Source: Eledone cirrhosa
Taxonomy: Eukaryota
Assembly (NCBI GenBank): GCA_964016885.1
Contig: OZ024756.1
Coordinates: 35,836,001-35,900,000 of the forward strand
Direction: 5' to 3'
Length of the DNA: 64,000 nt
Position 1 is the first letter of the stretch; the number at the start of each line of letters is the position of its first letter. The translations under genes and the position numbers were made by a program. The notes below the pieces were generated by a model. That model ran no database searches, had not been told where the DNA came from, and saw nothing but the letters and a program-made list of their open reading frames with translations. Of this stretch, positions 1-12,945 are shown piece by piece.

Positions 1-595
1 ACACACACACAAACTCATTGCTAGAACAGCCGTTAAAACACCCAAATGCCGTCAAAGAAAGCGATGTATTCAACTCTTTTCGCAATTCTGCCAGCTATAA
101 CCATGAAGTAACATCTATCTGCCGTTTTGCACTTCAGAAAGACAGAACTATTCTGATATTGAAATTTGTAGAGTAAAATTAAAGAAATAAGATAAGTTTA
201 TGCCATTTTATTTATTCCAATGAAAAATATTTGTAAATTTTGCTTCTTTCGGGAATTCTTGAGAAATTAGTTACAACTTTGTCCTTCCATAGGTATTGGT
301 GTTTACTTATTGAGACACGTTAGTTATATATGACAAATGTTAGGAATTAACAGCAACAATTGATGCATATCATTTGATTTCTAACTGAGTTGAAATCGAT
401 TAAAGGGATCTTGTATTATTAACCCGACCTTGTGCCAAATGTAGAAACAATTATTAACCCGTCCTTCTCCTAAAGGAATATATATATAATCGACATTAGC
501 GGGATCTGAACTCAGAACGTAAAGAGACGTAACTATATGCCGCAAAGCATGCTGTCCGACGCTCTACCATGTCCCAAATAGGATTACACCACAAA

Positions 596-645
<50 letters not shown>

Positions 646-1432
646 TTGTTAATTTCGAACCTCTTAGAAATAAATATATATACTGTATATATTTTTTTAA
701 CGCTAAATTATTAATAACAATATACCGTGTTTGCCGGCCTATTGGACGCCCCCCCCCCCCTTCTTTTATTATATTTTACGTTATATTTTGATGTTTATAA
801 GCATTTTTATGGACCACGTCCAATATGTTTCACTCTTCGCGGGTGCTCTAGGAACGTAATCTACGCGAATACCGGGGGACAACTTTGTGTGTGTATATAT
901 ATATATATATATAATATATATATATATATATAATATCTATATATATATAATATCTATATATATATAATCGACCTTAGCGGGATTTGAACTCAGAACGTAA
1001 AGAACCGTTACCAAAATTCCGCAAGATATTTTGTTCCGACTGTCCTGTATAATAGTAGGCCTACTATGTTAGTAAAACCGGAAAGAAAAAAAAAGTAAAG
1101 TGTGAAGTTTGTCTCGCTATAACGAGAAATGAAGGTGGGTGAAGGAAGTTAACTGAGAAAGGAAATTCCATGTATGGCAACGTTTTGTTGAATGTGAGGA
1201 GGTGTAGGCGAGAAAGTTGCCTGACTAGTTGTTTTTCACTGCTAGAGCAGACAATACAGACACTCTTCTCTCTCTTATACAATTATTTATCTCGCACACA
1301 ACAATAACACTCCTATAATTCTCCCCTCACACCCTAAACAACACTAAGTTCTCATAATCAGAACGTGTTCGTTAACTTTCAAAGTCAGGCTGACGGAGAG
1401 AGTAAGAGACAGACAGACAGACACATACAGTC

Positions 1433-2176
1433 ATGCCACACGTTACGATGTTGGCCCATCTTGGATTTTACCTGGTACTGCTTCCTACATTCTTGTTTGC
1501 AGATGTCCCAGTATGGCGATCGGACAACTATCCTCACCCAAGAAATCAGTTTGTCTTGTGTAAACAAAACAAACCGGAATGGTTGTGTGACCCAGATGGC
1601 CTACTTGACGACAACGCGAAAAAAATGCTTAACTTGGAGCTGGAAGAAATGAACGCTAAGTACACTCTGTGTCCTTGTAGTGCCTGGGTTTGTGAGAGCA
1701 ACTCTGGCGGATACTATACTTCTGTTATTCTGGCCAAGAAGATTGAAACAGGCACCAATACCAGTCAGGCTGCAATACTGCATAATGCCATTAACTTTGT
1801 ATCTTCGCTCGACCTACGCTGGTCATTCGACGAAGAACGATGCCAAGAAGGAGTCATTTTATTCTACTCCAGAGATGACGATACTTTACTGACATACAGT
1901 GGTAAAACGGCGCGCAAAGTTCTCACCCCTGAACTAATCCGTGAGATAACAAACCATGCCGGACAACATTTCCTGCCTAACGAAGATATGTCTGTGGGTC
2001 TGCTGAAAATGGTCGGGAACATCCGCCAAGTCTTGAACGGTCATTATGTACCACAATCGAAACATCTGGGTGGTGAAGAATTAATTGGTTCCACTATCAA
2101 ACCTTTGCCTCACATCTTCCTTCATCTTTTCTTACTCGCTCTTTCTGTTACTATTTTCTCCTTCCTCGGGAACTAA
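1433..2176 (+). CDS. Intronless TPM-domain (MOLO-1-like) secreted/membrane-anchored protein, 247 aa
   Basis: Clean non-repetitive ORF. N-terminal signal-like hydrophobic stretch (LGFYLVLLPTFLFA), then W..DNYPHP...C.....WLCDPDGLL, the motif I recognise from MOLO-1/TPM_2-family proteins; C..GVILFYSRDD core strand; hydrophobic C-terminal tail. Confidence 0.8.
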   Translation: MPHVTMLAHLGFYLVLLPTFLFADVPVWRSDNYPHPRNQFVLCKQNKPEWLCDPDGLLDDNAKKMLNLELEEMNAKYTLCPCSAWVCESNSGGYYTSVILAKKIETGTNTSQAAILHNAINFVSSLDLRWSFDEERCQEGVILFYSRDDDTLLTYSGKTARKVLTPELIREITNHAGQHFLPNEDMSVGLLKMVGNIRQVLNGHYVPQSKHLGGEELIGSTIKPLPHIFLHLFLLALSVTIFSFLGN

Positions 2177-2339
2177 AAAAAAAGCAAACTCTTCAACTTA
2201 ACTGTGATTTCTCCCCTGCTCTTCTTCCATTCTCAGCCTCCTCTTCTCTTTCTGCTTTCTTCTGCAAAGTTGTTTATCTTTATTTAACACAAAAAGTAAC
2301 TGAACAACAAACACAATATATATATATATATATATATAT

Positions 2340-2371
<32 letters not shown>

Positions 2372-2465
2372 AATGAAAGGTTTATATATATATATACACT
2401 GTGTGATTATATATATATAATGTTTTTAATTGTTTAATATAGACAGCTCTCTCTCTATCTATCTA

Positions 2466-2502
<37 letters not shown>

Positions 2503-2557
2503 AGCTTAACTCTTCTCGCAAGATTGAGTTTTCTCTACTACATCTATCTAAATAAAA

Positions 2558-2597
<40 letters not shown>

Positions 2598-4153
2598 AGA
2601 ACAACTATATAAAATGTTCCAATCTTCACAACGATTCTTTATATATATACTCAAACACACAAAGTCGTGCCTCGTCGATGATGATGTTTTTTTTAGACAT
2701 CTTGCACCAACTTTTAATGAAGTAGGGGAAATGTTTCTATTGAGGTCAACCAGTGTGGAGGCAAGTTCAATACCTCAATGTCTCATAACAGTCCCAAAAC
2801 AACGAAGTGTCACTATATCACACATGCTTTCCCCGTTTTACAGTAACATTCACCTGTCCAATAGTTACAACATATTAACCAGAATCAATATGGATTATTT
2901 ATCAATCACTTCTGTTTGGGATTTTTTTTTCTTTTTTTTTTTGTCAATTTCAAATTTATTATTTTTATCTTTCTGAAACAATATCCTCACTATTACTGAG
3001 CTAATATATGCCTGTTTGTGCGTATATATATATATATACACACATTCGCATTTTTATTTAAGCATATAAATATAAACACATATACATACATACAGAAACC
3101 AGTGGAAATGTCGAACTGTCATTTATATATCTATGGAAGAGCAGAAGGCCAACAACAACGGATTTTACCAACATTTCGAGTATTTTTTTTCTTATCAATT
3201 TGATCTTTGTTTAAATAATTTGCTGTGTTTGTTTAAATCTTCTACATAGTATAAGATTTAGGATTGTTAACATTCTTGTTTCTTTAGCTACATTTTATGA
3301 AATCATCGAAATTACTCTTGGGTCTTGAATAATAGAAGTGGGGATCGATAATTTTTCTAGGTTGTCTCCGTTGATTTAAAAAAAAACCCAGAATTAGTCG
3401 TCTAGTTTACATTGTTTTTTAATGTCTGAAGAAAATTAATTGTCGCAGGAATACTACCACTTAAAATAAAATTTCGCTGGAGATAGATTAGCAAAATTTA
3501 ATTGGGGGGATGGGGGTTATTCCTAACCCTAGAGTACAACGCAATCATACCATTTCTTTTAAAATCACAGGTAACTTCTGCAACTTCCGTGACTGGAAAA
3601 TGACTGAAAAATTATCAACACTTTCGAAAATGTATCTCAGCAAAAATATGTATTGTGAAGAAAGTTTGGGGAAAACAAACTCAGGTGGGTCACTAAACTA
3701 GTTATGCCGCTTAATGTTTTAAATGGGGATAGTTTTTAAGCTGGCTCATGGTGTAATGATTAGGGTTCTTGACTCGCGATCGCAAGGACATGAGTTCCAT
3801 ACCCGTGCTCAATTCTACTCAGCTGGTAAAAAAAAAATCCTGCCGAGGTTAGCTTTGCCTTTCATCCTTACGGGGTCGATAAAATAAAGCACCAGTAATA
3901 CACTGGTGTAATTGTTGGCCTTGTGCCAAAAAGTAGAAACAATTATTATAAAGGAGAGAGACGGTTTTATGTATATGTGTGTAAACGGAGAATATATATA
4001 TATATATATATATATATAATCATTCCCGTTTAACACCTACTTTCCATAACGCCGAACACATTAGTTTTTACTAAGTGCCTTTTTCGTGGCACCACTACTA
4101 CCACTTAACAGGGTGGACGGTGCTTTTCTTCATGGTACCAGATCGCGCGCGCG

Positions 4154-4193
<40 letters not shown>

Positions 4194-4609
4194 AGATGCC
4201 TATACTCTACTAACGTATTAAGTATCTTTTTTAACTATGGTCACCTCCCGATATACATCGGGAATCCGCCTATGTATATATTTTTATATAGAGTGATAAG
4301 TAAAATCCCGACCGCGACGCCAAGAGGTTTCGGCTTGTGTGTTCAGCAAGCCTTTTATTTATTTATTTATATATATAAATACCTGTGTGTATGTAATAAT
4401 AAATGTATGTATATTATACATGTATATGCATGAATATATATATATATAATATATTCTGGCTCTCTACCCTCTGAGTTCAAATCCCGCCGAGGACATCCTC
4501 TCTTTTCTGGGAGAAATCTGTTATATTCAGACCTGGAGAGGGGATGGGATCCGCCAAGAAACGCTCCTACAACTCCATCAGGAGTTATGGATCCATGTAT
4601 ATTTTATAT

Positions 4610-4657
<48 letters not shown>

Positions 4658-5151
4658 TTTAAGTATTTCCGTAGAAAAGGTAAAGAAAAGAAGAGTGCTC
4701 TATGTATAGTACAGAATTATTTAATTACATAAACAACACAATAAAATTATTCCATTACAAAAGGTTTCAAGAAACTAGACGATCTTTACAGAAACGTCCA
4801 GCCATTCCACCAGATGAAATAGTTAAATATACACACACACACACACAAGGTGCCCCCCCCCCCCCCTCAATGTTTACAAACTTTGATTAGAATGCTGTTG
4901 AAGTGTGTATATATTAGGGTGGGGGGTGGCACCCTGTGTATATATAGACATTACTTTTTGCTTTACCACCGAGTTCTTCCGCCATGACTAATAAGCCAAG
5001 CCCTACCTTAATTCGTGTCCCACCCAGCTACTAAGTCACACATCCCTCCTTTCATTATTGAGACATGAAGCACCTTCAGGAGAAATGTATGAAACCCGCA
5101 ATCTCTTGTTTTATTTTTATGCTTCACTTCTGTGGCAAGGAGTCATTCGGT

Positions 5152-5335
5152 AGATTGGCAGTATCGGTAGAGAGTCGGACGCCATGCTTTCCAGCATAGT
5201 TACGTCCCTTTACGATCTGGGTTCAAATCCCACCGAGGTTGACTTTGCCTTTCATCCTTACGGGGTCGATAAAATAAAGTACCAGTAATGCACTGGGTAA
5301 TTGCTTGCCTTGTGCCTAAAGTAGAAACAATTATT
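5152..5335 (+). mobile_element. tRNA-derived SINE, dominant family, full-length example
   Basis: A-box-like TGGCAGTATCGG, B-box-like GGTTCAAATCC, conserved body ttgcctttcatccttacggggtcgataaaataaagtaccag, tail ...gtagaaacaattatt. Other copies at ~3740-3945, 19540-19725, 26700-26835, 38325-38525, 43030-43250, 43920-44275, 47445-47635 (+) and partial ones at ~490-570, 970-1040 (-). Confidence 0.85.
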
Positions 5336-6369
5336 TAATAGAGGTTTGGTATTCTTTCATTATTGGTACGGTAATTCAGTTTTGCATTTAGATGTGACGA
5401 AGTACACTTTCGCTATGTGTAAATCACAAAGCTCATTTTAATCTACTAATTTTTTATTTCTTAATTTAGGAACAATTGATTTTAATAACGTAGATTACAT
5501 AATATGAAATATTTCGCCTTTTTTCCATTTTATGTAGCATAGAAATTCGGCAGTGGCTGTGCATAAATGGGTAATAAAACGAAGATGACGTTTACCTGAT
5601 TGATCTAGATGTGTAAATTCCGAATGATTTTATAGGAAAAGAAAATGTAAATTGGAACTAAGTTGGAAAATAATGTCTAATAGATTTCATTATGTACGGC
5701 GGTTGACGAATTTCTACGATACTTGAGGATATCGCCTTAGTTTTTGAAATATTTAAGTAAAATAAATCAGAAACAAAATTTCAGAATAAAAACTGAAACT
5801 AACATGATCAAAAGCATGAAAGCTGAAAGTAAACGTACCTATAACGAAATATTACCGGTGTTGTTTTTTTTTTCTTGATGCCCACCTGTTCATTACCGTT
5901 TTACCTGTTCCAGCTCACGAGCTGGGGCATCGCCTTAATTTAAGGTATATTTATTACACATCTACCTATGGAACCGCTATGTGGTCGCCGACCTGCTAGA
6001 AATATCAGCCAAATCATCGTGATATTACACTTTGCAGTTTTGAAAAAACGGAATGGACACATTGGATAATGTAGTCCTAGATACACTATCCCTAAAAACA
6101 AGACGGAATTGTCACGGTTGGGATGTCTTTAGTCATAGGTCTGTTTACATCAGGGTTGATCTGGGGCAAAACAACTTTGGTTTGATACATCGGGGGGGGG
6201 GGGGGGGGGGGAATGAGAAACGACTTTTTATACATTTAATATTTTGTAAGTATATCAATATTTTAGAGACAAAACTCAACGTCCCTTGTGTGTAACACAT
6301 AAAGGGAGATAATTATGTAAACTATATTTATTAAAGTGACGATTCTATCATACCCCTTTTGTTATTTGT

Positions 6370-6680
6370 GATGATCGCTGTGTTCTATTTTTGATGACCA
6401 TGCTCAATCTGTGATGGCCCTGTCCTATTTGTGATGACTATGCTCTGTGTGTGTGTCCTATATGAATTGAATTTGTCTTATGTTTTATCTGTGACCTATC
6501 TTAAGTTGTTGTGTCCTATATGTGATAACTTTGTCCTATTTGTGATGTCTATGTCCTATTTGGGATAAGCATATCATACATGTGATGGCTATGTCCTATC
6601 TCCTATTGCTCTGATTATTTGTGATGGCTATCTCTTATCTGTGACTGATGTGTCCTATTTGTGATGGCTATGTCCTAGAT
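6370..6680. repeat. Diverged ~20-bp minisatellite (tgtcctatttgtgatggcta)n
   Basis: Direct inspection. Confidence 0.75.
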
Positions 6681-6984
6681 CTAGCCTTGTCGCATATTGT
6701 ATCATGTTGGTTCAGCTTGGGAATTACATTTAGATTAAACAGGCCCTAGGAATACTCGACCACATACATATTAATTCACAAACTGGACATTCAATTGATC
6801 GAACAACTGGAAAAATCATCAGTGAAACTGATGGATGTTGAACTCTCAGAATAAAATTCACTTAAAAACTATTGTAGTTAACTAAAGTACAAGGTAACTA
6901 ACTATAGCATTGCAGTAGCATATGCCTTGATTCTTTTACTAATTTCATATAGTCAACAGTGACCATGCTGGGGCACTGCTTTAA

Positions 6985-7188
6985 CCCTTTAGCATTTAAA
7001 CTGGCCATATCCGGCCAGAATTCTCTCACCTCTTTCTGTTCAAACCATCCATAACTGGCTGTTCTTACTGATGTTAAGGTATTGTTCTCAAAATAATACC
7101 AAAATCTCATAGATTCGATAGTATGTAAGAGAAAGCCTTTACCGTGAAAATACAGTTGTAAATATAGAGTAATATAAATTCTAAAGGG
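6985..7188. mobile_element. piggyBac-type MITE (TTAA target)
   Basis: TTAA-CCCTTTAGCATTTA ... TAAATTCTAAAGGG-TTAA; family members at ~30838-31055, 37787-38218, 55650-55856 and partially ~59003-59142. Confidence 0.8.
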
Positions 7189-7691
7189 TTAACTAGTACA
7201 AGAGAACTTCTAAACTACATAGCCCCCCTCTTGCATCAATACCTTTAACTAGTACAACACACATGTGGTAGTAGTTATCTAACTGGTGAATCTCTCTATA
7301 AATTCATGCCACATACAGTGTCAAATTTAGGACAAATGAGGCCTTGTGATAGTTAAGTTATGAGGCCCTTTACTTGGGCCCTGAAGGGGGTAAAAAAATT
7401 TGCGGGGCAAGAAGATGGGCCAGCCCCTACCCACTGGCCAACAGGGCCCTGTGCTTAAGCACAATGGTAAACCTGGAAATGGCCACATAATTACCATGTT
7501 TATAGGACAGGAGGAACCAGTTTCCCACATTTGAAATTCCTAAACTATACAAACTGGTCCAATCCTGTTTTCCGTTTAGCTCAATTTTACAAACATTTGA
7601 CATTTCTATGAAAGGATGAACAGACAGACTGAAAGCTGTGCTGAGATATATATGAGAATAATTACACTCCGAATTACATCCCCCACATGCA

Positions 7692-7960
7692 CACACTCTT
7701 ACACCAACACATACACACTCCTACACCAACACATGAATAGCACTATATACACTCTTACATCATCACATGTAGACCCACACTCTTACACCAACACATACAC
7801 ACTCCTACACCAACACATGAATAGCACTATATACACTCTTACATCATCACATGTAGACCCACACTCTTACACCAACACATACACACTCCTACACCAACAC
7901 ATGAATAGCACTATATACACTCTTACATCATCACATGTAGACCCACACTCTTACACCACC
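7692..7960. repeat. 84-bp minisatellite, about 3.2 copies
   Basis: Exact 28-codon repeat visible in ORF 7616-8221. Confidence 0.9.
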
Positions 7961-8772
7961 ACATACACACACTCCTACACACATACAAGAAGAGCAGTAC
8001 ATACACACTCCTATACCACATGCAAGCACACATTCCTACATTACTACAACGCATATATATATGTATTGTTATTCATGTGTGTGTGTGTGTATATATATAT
8101 ATACACACACACACATATGAATAACAATACAAACACACACTCCCACACCACATATAGCAACAATACAATAACTACACACACATTTCTATACCACCATATA
8201 CATACATATACACACGCTTAACTGCTTTATTTTAACTCCTTGCTCTAATTATTTTAACTCATATGCTACCACCCTTAATTTCAGTTCTCTGCTCTACTTA
8301 TATAAACTCCACCACCCTCCTCCATTTATTTTCTCTACCCCTGGCTGCTTATGTTAAAACAGAAAGTCAAATCTCACACAGATATCACCAATCATCACTA
8401 TACACTCATCATATTGTATGCATTTGTATATTTATATACATTTATATATTTATATTTATATACACATATATATCTAGAGAAACCTATGTGTGTGTGTATA
8501 AATACGTGAATATATATATGTATGTGTGTGTGTGTGTATAAATAAGTGAATATATATATGTATGTGTATGTGTGTGTGTGTGTATGTATATATATATATG
8601 GTGAGCAATCGTCTAACAGGTTTTTACTGTATCCAATCTGATATATGTATATATATTGGTTGGTTTATTTAATAATTTCTGTAACATATGTATATATATA
8701 TGTATGTATGTATAATGAAAGCTATGGAGTATTTAGATAAACAAGGTCTTACTAGTCTAAACAGGTAACTCC

Positions 8773-8875
<103 letters not shown>

Positions 8876-9419
8876 ATATAATATATAAGAACAAAAGATG
8901 GTTAAAAGAGTTCCATGTATTTTTTTAACCATCTTTTGTTTTTATATATTATATATACTCCAGTCCTACAAACTGTAGAGTGCTTCTTATCCGATATCTG
9001 CATTGCTTTATTGTACTACAATAAAACTCACCTCCTACATATATATATATATATATATATATAGCTTTATACAATAATGTCTGTAACTTTGTGGGTTACT
9101 GGTTACTGGATGCAGTTCCAATATAAGCACTCAATGCTAAGGCAGAGTGTATAAAGTAAGTTTCATACCAGCGATTTTATTGATTATCGACCAGTTACAT
9201 ATATTTCACAGATAATTGGCTCAAAGTCCTTATTTGTGTTATAGACCCAGCTACAACATCAATCTGCTCATCAGACTCTTTAAGCAAATCTAAAAATACA
9301 ATTTCATACACATATACATCATTTTATGTTTACTTTCCAATAGGGCAACCCATTCTAGCATGGAAAAATGGATGTTAAACGGTGATGATGATGATATATA
9401 TCTTATATATATATCATCA

Positions 9420-9760
9420 TTCATCATCATCATTTCATTTTACGTCCACTTTTCCCTGCTTGCAAGGGTGGGACGGGAACTGATTCTGCTTGATTTCTAC
9501 AGCTGGATGCCCTTCCTAACACCAACCTCATTTACAGTGAGTGGTGGGTGCTTTTTTGCCGTGGCACCTCCACGACCACTTTGCAGTGGAATGATATGGA
9601 CCCCAGTCCCTATCATCTCATTTCTACAGCTGAGTAAACTGGAGCAATGTGAAATAAAGTGTCTTACTCAAGGAAACAACACATCACCCGGTCTGAGAAT
9701 TGAACTCACAACCTTTCGATTGCAAGGCCAATGCTCTAACCACTAAGCCATGTGCCTCCA
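9420..9760 (-). mobile_element. Second tRNA-derived SINE family with (GAT)n tail
   Basis: Minus strand reads ggaggcacatggcttagtggttagag...gagttcaattc (A/B boxes), ...aggaagggcatccagctgtagaaa..., gtggacgtaaaatga(gat)n. Related pieces at ~14270-14440, 38905-39080, 54440-54870, 58610-58710 and a head at ~63394-63510. Confidence 0.7.
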
Positions 9761-9923
9761 TCCTATATATATATATCATCATTATCATCATTTTAATGAT
9801 GATGATATATATATATAGGATATATATATATGTGTGTGTGTGTGTTTTGCGTGGAAAAATTGACATAAAACGGTGATGATGTATGTGTATATATATATAT
9901 ATATATATACATACATACATACA

Positions 9924-9956
<33 letters not shown>

Positions 9957-10834
9957 GTATATATTCTATATATATCTTTTTTTCATAAAATTATAGGAAT
10001 CTCAAATGTGGAAATAGCTGTGAAACAGGCAGATGCTATTATGAATAGCAGTAGGTTGGAAGGACGGTCAGAGAAGAAGATATATATGTATATAAACACA
10101 CATAGATATATACACACAGAGACATACACAAAATAGATTCCTTTCAGATTCCAAGCTCTTCAATTGATGTGTGTGTCAGCTATTTCAAACATTTCCTTCC
10201 TTTCAAAATGATTCATACAATTTTTGTTTTTAATAAAAAATATTTGATTGTTTCATGAATATTTTTGTATTTCCACTCCACAAATTACCAGGAATTACCA
10301 TATCTGCACAGATTATAATTGCATTAAGCAAACATGTGATTTTAATTTCATAAGCTACATTTGTTCACAGTTAACATTTTTTTTTACAGTTATATTATCT
10401 AGGTTTTCAATAGCTTTGCCTATACTCTCTCTCTATATATATAATAAGTCAAATGTAAAAGATATATATATATACTCTTTTACTCTTTTACCTGTTCCAG
10501 CCATCCGGCTGAGGCCATGCTGGGGCACCACCCTTGATCTATATATATATAGGGAGAGAGAAAGAACCATATATCCAGAGAAAACACAGTATATTGTATA
10601 TATACTAAATACATATTTCATATAGGAATATGTACTCAAGATGGAATCAACAGAGTCCTTATAGCGCTATTTCATATTCCATAGACTGTAATTTAAAATC
10701 AGTCTATGTAACTGGTTATTGATCACAAACTATTGATTATAAGCTACAGGAGACTCAGAATACTCATCTGGGGTGTAGTCTACAGCATTCTAAGAGAAAT
10801 AGCACTATAAGGTCTCTGATAATTTAAACACTCT

Positions 10835-10906
10835 GATATATACTATATATATATATACACATATATATATATATATATATACTATATATATATATATACT
10901 ATATAC

Positions 10907-10946
<40 letters not shown>

Positions 10947-11044
10947 CTATATATATATATATATATATATACTATATATATATATACTATATATATATAT
11001 ACTATATATATATATACATATATATATATATACTATATATATAC

Positions 11045-11113
<69 letters not shown>

Positions 11114-11406
11114 CTATATATATATATACTATATATATATACTATATATATATATATACTATATATACTATATACTATATATATATACTATATATATATA
11201 TATACTATATATACTATATACTATATATATATACTATATACTATATATATATACTATATATATATACTATATACTATATATATATACTATATATATATAC
11301 TATATATATATATATATACTATATATACTATATACTATATATATATACTATATATATATATATACATATATACTATATACATATATATACTATATATATA
11401 TATATA

Positions 11407-11437
<31 letters not shown>

Positions 11438-11865
11438 CTATATATATATATACTATATATATATATACTATATATATATATACTATATATATATATACTA
11501 TATATATATATATATACTATATATATATATATATATACTATATATATATATATATATACTATATATATATATATATATACTATATATATATATATATATA
11601 CACTATATATATATATATACTATATATATATATATATATACACTATATATATATATATATATATATACACTATATATATATATATACACTATATATATAT
11701 ATATACACTATATATATATATATACACTATATATATATATATACACTATATATATATATATATACACTATATATATATATATACTATATATATATATATA
11801 TACACTATATATATATATATACTATATATATATATATATATATATAAATATATATACTATATATA
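10835..11865. repeat. ~1-kb interrupted (TA)n / TAC(TA)n microsatellite
   Basis: Direct inspection; similar tracts at 20690-21790, 23500-24050, 42185-42440, 44580-45290. Confidence 0.95.
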
Positions 11866-12112
11866 ACCACACACATCTACATATATAACCACAGCTATCT
11901 GCTGTCAACAAATGATAGTGATTTTGGCAATATTCCACAATAACATTTCTTTCACTGACTCAAATGCCAGGATTTTATCAGGGAGAGTCCAGCTTGTGAG
12001 AATCAACTGGTAGCGTGCACGCGCACGCACACACACGCACACAGACACACACACACACACATGCACACACTCATACACACACTTTTATTTACATACTCAT
12101 ATAAATATTTGT

Positions 12113-12870
12113 ATCTACTTTTGGCACCAAGCCAGCAATTTGGAAGGAGTGGAAAGTCAATTAAATCAACCCCAATGCATTACTGGTATTTTATTTCCTC
12201 CACTCCGTAAGGATGAAAGGCAAAGCTAACCTTGGCAGGATTTGAACTCGTATTAATAATAATAATAATAATAATAAAGGTCTCTGATTTAGGCACAAGG
12301 CCAACAATTTGGGGGAAGGGGAAAGTCGATTTAATCGACCCTAGTGCGTAACTGGTACTTCATTTTATTGATCCCTGTACGGATGAGAAGCAAAGCTAAC
12401 CTCGGCACTGGTGTTAGTGGAACCTTAAATTCTCTAATCCTCTATATGAGTGTTTAAATGTTGAACCTAAATAGTTCAAATAATGGTGAAAATGAGACTC
12501 TCACCCAGCAAGTGCTCCCTGGCCCAGCAGCAGGGACCTGGTTGTCATCCAAATACTGCTGGTGTTGGAAGAAGAAGAAGGAATGAGGTAAGAACCAACT
12601 GGACAAAAGAATTGAATAACACTTCAAAAGGCATGCTTGCTGGGAACATCAAGAACCCTCCAATATGTCCTGAATGTCTGAGGCTGCAGGTAGTGGCTTG
12701 ATGTTCATTTGAACAAACTTTCCAGTTAAATAACATCAATGACTGAGACTCCAAGAAAATAATAATTGTTTCTACTTTTGGCACAAGGCCAGCAATTACC
12801 CAGTACATTACTGGTACTTTATTTTATCGACCCCGTAAGGATGAAAGGCAAAGTTAACCTCGGCGGAATG
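12113..12870 (-). mobile_element. Three partial minus-strand copies of the dominant SINE
   Basis: Reverse-complement body (ccgtaaggatgaaaggcaaag.taacct) at ~12205, ~12380 and ~12835. Confidence 0.75.
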
Positions 12871-12945
12871 AAAATTATTGTGTACAGTGTTCAGGTGCAC
12901 TACAATTCATCAAAGGTGCATGTATAGTGCATAGAATAATTTACA
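12870..12945 (-). mobile_element. Extreme 3' end of the same LINE family, inverted
   Basis: aaattattgtgtacagtgttcaggtgcac... is the reverse complement of ~19455-19528. Confidence 0.7.

Noticed and set aside
9690-9760. tRNA-like sequences at SINE heads (also ~63394-63470 and ~3740-3805)
   Set aside because: A/B boxes are present but acceptor and anticodon stems do not close, and the sequence runs on into SINE body.
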